IMG/VR virus record: IMGVR_UViG_3300044831_000040
Span: 2,680-66,679 of that record
Source: a virus
Taxonomy: Duplodnaviria; Caudoviricetes
Direction: 5' to 3' (one strand)
Length of the DNA stretch: 64,000 bases
Shown: in pieces, positions 61,024-64,000 of the stretch
How the letters are laid out: every line of letters starts with the position of its first letter
Numbering within the stretch: position 1 is the first letter of the stretch
The notes under the pieces: model-generated
Told to the model about the DNA's origin: nothing
The model's input: only the letters and a program-made list of their open reading frames with translations
Database searches by the model: none
Translations under genes and position numbers: made by a program

Positions 61024-61823
61024 TGCAAAACATGGTCATCTACCACGGCGGGTGTTGGGACGGTTTCTGTGCGGCTTGGCTCATCCATCGATTCGGTGGT
61101 TACTCCGATGTGGAGTATTACCCTGCGATGTATGGGAAGCCGCCTCCGGATGTGACCGGCCGACAGGTGTTGATGCTGGACTTCTCGTACCCGCGGGAAG
61201 TCCTTGATCAGATGCACGAGAAGTCATCCGGCCTATTCGTGCTCGATCATCACAAGACGGCGCAGGCTGCGCTCGAAGGGCTTTCGTATTGCGAGTTCGA
61301 CATGGATCGGAGCGGGGCGCAACTCACTTGGGACTGGCTCGTGGAGTGCCATGGAGACGATCTGCCTAAGCGCCCGTGGACGGTGGATTACACCGCCGAC
61401 CGGGACCTGTGGCGCTGGAAACTCCCTCACTCCAAGGAGATCAATGCAGTGTTGCGGTCCTATCCTCTAGATTTTGATATCTGGGATGGGTTCGATCTCA
61501 TGGGGGAGCCATCAGGGTTGGTCCGCGATGGCGAGGCCATCCTCCGGGCCGAAGAGGTCACGGTCCAGGTCCACATCGACCGGGCTCAGGAAGTCGACTT
61601 CGACGGGTACAAGGTGTTGTCCGTTAACGCCACCTCTCTCTTCTCTGAGATCGCAGGGAGGCTTGCAGAGGGTCGGCCGTTCGGAGTGTGTTGGTTCGAG
61701 CACGATGGGATGCGGACCTACTCCCTCCGCTCCAGGGAGGGTGGGGTTGACGTGTCCGAGATCGCCAAGGCACATGGTGGTGGCGGCCACAAGCTGGCTG
61801 CGGGGTTCGAGGTGCCACTCTAA
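61023..61823 (+). CDS. DHH/DHHA1 phosphoesterase
   Basis: YHGGCWDG, LDF, DHHKT, YSLRS, GGGGHKLAAGF. Confidence 0.9.
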   Translation: MQNMVIYHGGCWDGFCAAWLIHRFGGYSDVEYYPAMYGKPPPDVTGRQVLMLDFSYPREVLDQMHEKSSGLFVLDHHKTAQAALEGLSYCEFDMDRSGAQLTWDWLVECHGDDLPKRPWTVDYTADRDLWRWKLPHSKEINAVLRSYPLDFDIWDGFDLMGEPSGLVRDGEAILRAEEVTVQVHIDRAQEVDFDGYKVLSVNATSLFSEIAGRLAEGRPFGVCWFEHDGMRTYSLRSREGGVDVSEIAKAHGGGGHKLAAGFEVPL

Positions 61824-61891
61824 GCATCCTTCTAGGAAATGTGCTATGCTTCCGCATGTACTCAATCACCCTCCGAGAAGGAGCGAAAGGC

Positions 61892-63838
61892 ATGATTCGG
61901 ACGTTCGAGGAAGCAGAGGTGCAGCTTGAGACAGCCCTCCCGGGCTACGAGCGCCGGATCCCCCAGCAGAAGCTGGCAGCGGCAGTCGAGGAGGCCATTG
62001 CCTCCGCCCGTCATCTCTTCGGGCAGGCGGGCTGCGGTGTTGGCAAGTCTCTCGCCTACCTGATCTCCGGGATCCTCTCGGGTAAGCGGATCGTAGTCTC
62101 TACCGCCACGAAGGCTCTCCAGGATCAAATCTTCGGCAAGGATCTGCCCTTCCTGGCAGAGCACCTCGACCACCTCTTCACCTACGCCATCCTGAAGGGT
62201 CGCCGGAACTACCTCTGCCTCAACAACGCCCTCACCGCCAACCCGGCCGACGTGCCCCATCTTGCCCAGATCATCGAAGAGTCCAAGCTGGAAGGCTTCA
62301 CGGGCGAGCGAGACTCCTTCTCCTTCGAGCTTTCAGGGGCCGAGTGGAATCACATCAGCGCCGATGCCGACGAGTGCAGCGCCAACAAGTGCAAGGACAA
62401 CCCTGCCGGATGCTGGGCCGAGAAGGCTCGGGCTCGGGCTCGGGCTGCTCAGGTGGTGGTCGTCAACCACGCTCTCCTGATGACCGATTTGAAGGTCAAG
62501 GAGATGACCGGCGGTGCGGCCAACATGCTGGAGCACTACGACGTGGTCGTCTTCGACGAGGCACACGAGGTGCGCTCGTACGCTACTGATGCCCTGGGGC
62601 ACACCTTCCGCGAGGCCGGTCTCCGGGGTCTGGTCTCGGAGGCCACCAACTTTGCTCGCCGGGATGTTCCGGATCAGATCGAGCGCATCGGTAACGCCTG
62701 CAACGACATCAACACCGCTATCACCGCTCTGTGGAGTGTCCTGGAGATCGGCCGGATCCGCTTCAAGGAATTGAGCGATCACGCTGATGAGTTCGTGAAT
62801 CTGCTCAACTCCCTCCTGGCCCTGGACGAAATCCTGGGTGACCGCACCCTCTCAGACGGTGTCGGCTACGCGGACCTGGACGGGGTCAAGAAGCGTCAGG
62901 CTCGTCTCTCCCGCCGGGCGGCCAACGCCGCTGCTCGCTTCAACGAGGTGATCTTCGCGTCCTTCGATGACGTGGTGCGCTTCGTCGAGAAGGAGACCAC
63001 CCCCGGCGGCCGGGAGCAGATCGTCTTGCAGGTGGCCCCGATCAATGTGGCCCCATACCTGCGGGAGCACCTCTTCAGCGACGACGAGGTCACGGCGATT
63101 CTCGTGTCGGCCACCCTGGGCATCGACGGTGACTTCAGCTACATCGCCAAGGCTCTCGGGGTCGATGACTACGAGAGCCTCGATGTGGGCTCGCCCTTCG
63201 ACTTCGCCTCTCAGGGCTGCCTCTACATCCCCAGGGACCTTCCGGAGCCCGTCAAGGACACCCGGGCGGCATGGAGCAACCTGATGGTGCATCGGGCCAA
63301 GGAACTGATCAACGTTGCGGAGGGACGGACCCTCTTCCTCTTCACCTCGACCTCTGAGATGAAGGCGGCATACGCTGCCATCGCCCCTCGGGTCCAGTGG
63401 AACTGCATGATGCAGGGCCAGGAGTCGAACAGGATGCTCGCGGAGCGGTTTAAGGCCGACATCCACTCGGTGCTGTTCGGCACCCGCAGCTTCATGACCG
63501 GCGTCGACTTCCAGGGCGAGACGTGCTCGATGGTGATTATCGACAAGCTGCCGTTCCCCGTCCCCACGGAGCCGATCACCGAGGCTCGTATGGAGGCGGT
63601 TAAGCGGGAGACGGGCAACGACTTCGCCAACTACACCATCCCCGAGATGATCCTCATCCTGCTCCAAGGTGCGGGCCGGGCCATCCGTCACCGCAATGAC
63701 CGGGCCGTGGTCGCCATCCTCGACCCTCGTCTGGCGACGAAGGGCTACGGCAAGAAGATCCGCAAGTCGCTTCCCCCGCTTCGTCCGGTCGAGACGGTCG
63801 CAGAGGTGGCGGAGTTCTTCGCCAAGGCGGCGGCGTAA
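61892..63838 (+). CDS. DinG/YoaA-family helicase with Fe-S cluster
   Basis: QAGCGVGKS, STATKALQDQ, KGRRNYLC, DEAH, DKLPF, QGAGRAIR. Confidence 0.92.
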   Translation: MIRTFEEAEVQLETALPGYERRIPQQKLAAAVEEAIASARHLFGQAGCGVGKSLAYLISGILSGKRIVVSTATKALQDQIFGKDLPFLAEHLDHLFTYAILKGRRNYLCLNNALTANPADVPHLAQIIEESKLEGFTGERDSFSFELSGAEWNHISADADECSANKCKDNPAGCWAEKARARARAAQVVVVNHALLMTDLKVKEMTGGAANMLEHYDVVVFDEAHEVRSYATDALGHTFREAGLRGLVSEATNFARRDVPDQIERIGNACNDINTAITALWSVLEIGRIRFKELSDHADEFVNLLNSLLALDEILGDRTLSDGVGYADLDGVKKRQARLSRRAANAAARFNEVIFASFDDVVRFVEKETTPGGREQIVLQVAPINVAPYLREHLFSDDEVTAILVSATLGIDGDFSYIAKALGVDDYESLDVGSPFDFASQGCLYIPRDLPEPVKDTRAAWSNLMVHRAKELINVAEGRTLFLFTSTSEMKAAYAAIAPRVQWNCMMQGQESNRMLAERFKADIHSVLFGTRSFMTGVDFQGETCSMVIIDKLPFPVPTEPITEARMEAVKRETGNDFANYTIPEMILILLQGAGRAIRHRNDRAVVAILDPRLATKGYGKKIRKSLPPLRPVETVAEVAEFFAKAAA

Positions 63839-64000
63839 TGGCCGCCACTGAGGGATGGATTCGAGTGGCTGTGAAGGTTCGGCTGCATGATGGCCGGGTT
63901 GCTTCTGTTGGCCCCCGAGAGGTAGCTGGTTTCATTGAAGAGAAGCTGCATGGGGCAGAGACTGATGATGGTTGGGAGATCGTTGATGCTTCTCCTACTC
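63838..64000 (+). CDS. hypothetical protein (partial, runs off window)
   Basis: TAATG overlap; open to the window end. Confidence 0.5.
   Translation, partial: MAATEGWIRVAVKVRLHDGRVASVGPREVAGFIEEKLHGAETDDGWEIVDASPT

Overview
A 64 kb segment of a large, GC-rich contractile-tailed (myovirus-like) phage, most likely of an actinobacterial host and organised like the Bxz1/E3-type phages. Left to right: the 5' part of an RtcB RNA ligase gene (minus strand, runs off the window, absent from the ORF track); membrane and lysis genes (amidase endolysin, holin-like); protease-like, scaffold-like, decoration and major capsid genes; an ~7.7 kb RNA island (12.9-20.6 kb) with 38 readable tRNA genes covering all 20 amino acids; a GHKL ATPase; head-completion, sheath, tube, chaperone (-1 frameshift), tape measure, baseplate and tail fibre genes; then a SNF2 helicase, RNase H, NUDIX, PspA, vWA, a Pup-like protein, a DHH phosphoesterase and a DinG helicase. 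No terminase, portal, integrase or CRISPR array is visible. The RNA island holds the most unusual biology. (1) Three HNH genes each sit inside a split tRNA gene and carry a new copy of the same isoacceptor ([old 5' half]-HNH-[new tRNA]-[old 3' half]) for Lys-UUU, Asn-GUU and Arg-UCU, with each HNH stop codon inside the new tRNA. (2) The replacement tRNA-Arg lacks a D-arm. (3) Three circularly permuted, anticodon-less tRNA-like modules (YrlA/Y-RNA-like) are present. (4) A CCA-ended cloverleaf has its anticodon arm replaced by a long UUCG-capped rod. Further features include a repeated structured RNA motif, boxA-like sites and a recurrent CTTAGAG promoter box. All RNA folds were read by eye, protein calls come from motif recognition, and no database search was run.
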